NCBI GenBank assembly: GCA_015680685.1
Contig: MNCI01002357.1
Location: forward strand, 305,384 to 369,383
Source: Gnetum montanum
Taxonomy: Eukaryota; Plantae; Gnetophyta
Direction of reading: 5' to 3'
Length of the DNA: 64,000 nt
Shown here: positions 63,904 through 64,000 of the stretch, one piece after another
Numbering within the stretch: position 1 is the first letter of the stretch
Layout of the letters: every line of letters begins with the position of its first letter
The notes under the pieces: generated by a model
Seen by the model: the letters and a program-made list of their open reading frames with translations, nothing else
Databases searched by the model: none
Told to the model about the DNA's origin: nothing
Made by a program: the position numbers and the translations under genes

Positions 63904-64000
63904 AAGTGCTACAAAGCCAACAGAAAAGTGCTAACATAATGCCAACCAAAAATGCCAACTACTTAATTTTTCCAACTCTTTTGAATTGCTAATTTGCCAA
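63904..64000 (-). repeat. Truncated 5' LTR of the outer element
   Basis: Matches 30043-30139. Confidence 0.85.

Larger units (their letters stand above)
29604..64000 (-). mobile_element. Large Tat-type Ty3/gypsy element (outer), host to the 39098-57079 element; 5' LTR partly deleted and running past the window end
   Basis: 3' LTR 29604-31372, pol 33110-36456, antisense accessory gene split by the nested insertion, gag-protease 60211-63897, LTR sequence again at 63904-64000. Confidence 0.88.

Overview
Plant nuclear DNA (three assembly gaps) that is almost entirely nested LTR retrotransposons around a tandemly duplicated, pseudogenised HD-Zip class I locus. Each copy of the duplication carries a plastid psaA fragment. 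Elements present: the 5' end of an Athila-like element (1-1826); a Tekay-like remnant split by a complete 10.1-kb non-autonomous gag-protease-only Tat-type element (6239-16325, TSD CTAGC); a decayed plus-strand Tat-type element (~18.2-23.3 kb); a copia fragment; and a large Tat-type element (29604 to beyond 64000) containing a complete 18-kb Tat-type element (39098-57079, TSD GCAAG). The main finding is the architecture of these Tat elements. gag-protease ends in a stop and is separated from RT-RH-aRH-IN by about 5.7 kb. That interval holds an antisense, TATA-driven, 8-exon gene (~1056 aa, all GT-AG introns, no frameshifts). The protein has an FCP1/NIF (HAD) phosphatase-like domain lacking its catalytic Asp residues, a PMD-like domain and a probable coiled coil. 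A homologue with conserved intron positions sits at the same place in a second family, and a 3' remnant of one in a third. The elements also carry arrays of a covarying hairpin-plus-AAACU motif at three fixed positions and family-specific CG-rich motifs. Together these suggest an element-encoded trans factor with cognate cis arrays. Domain assignments are by manual motif recognition; no searches were run.
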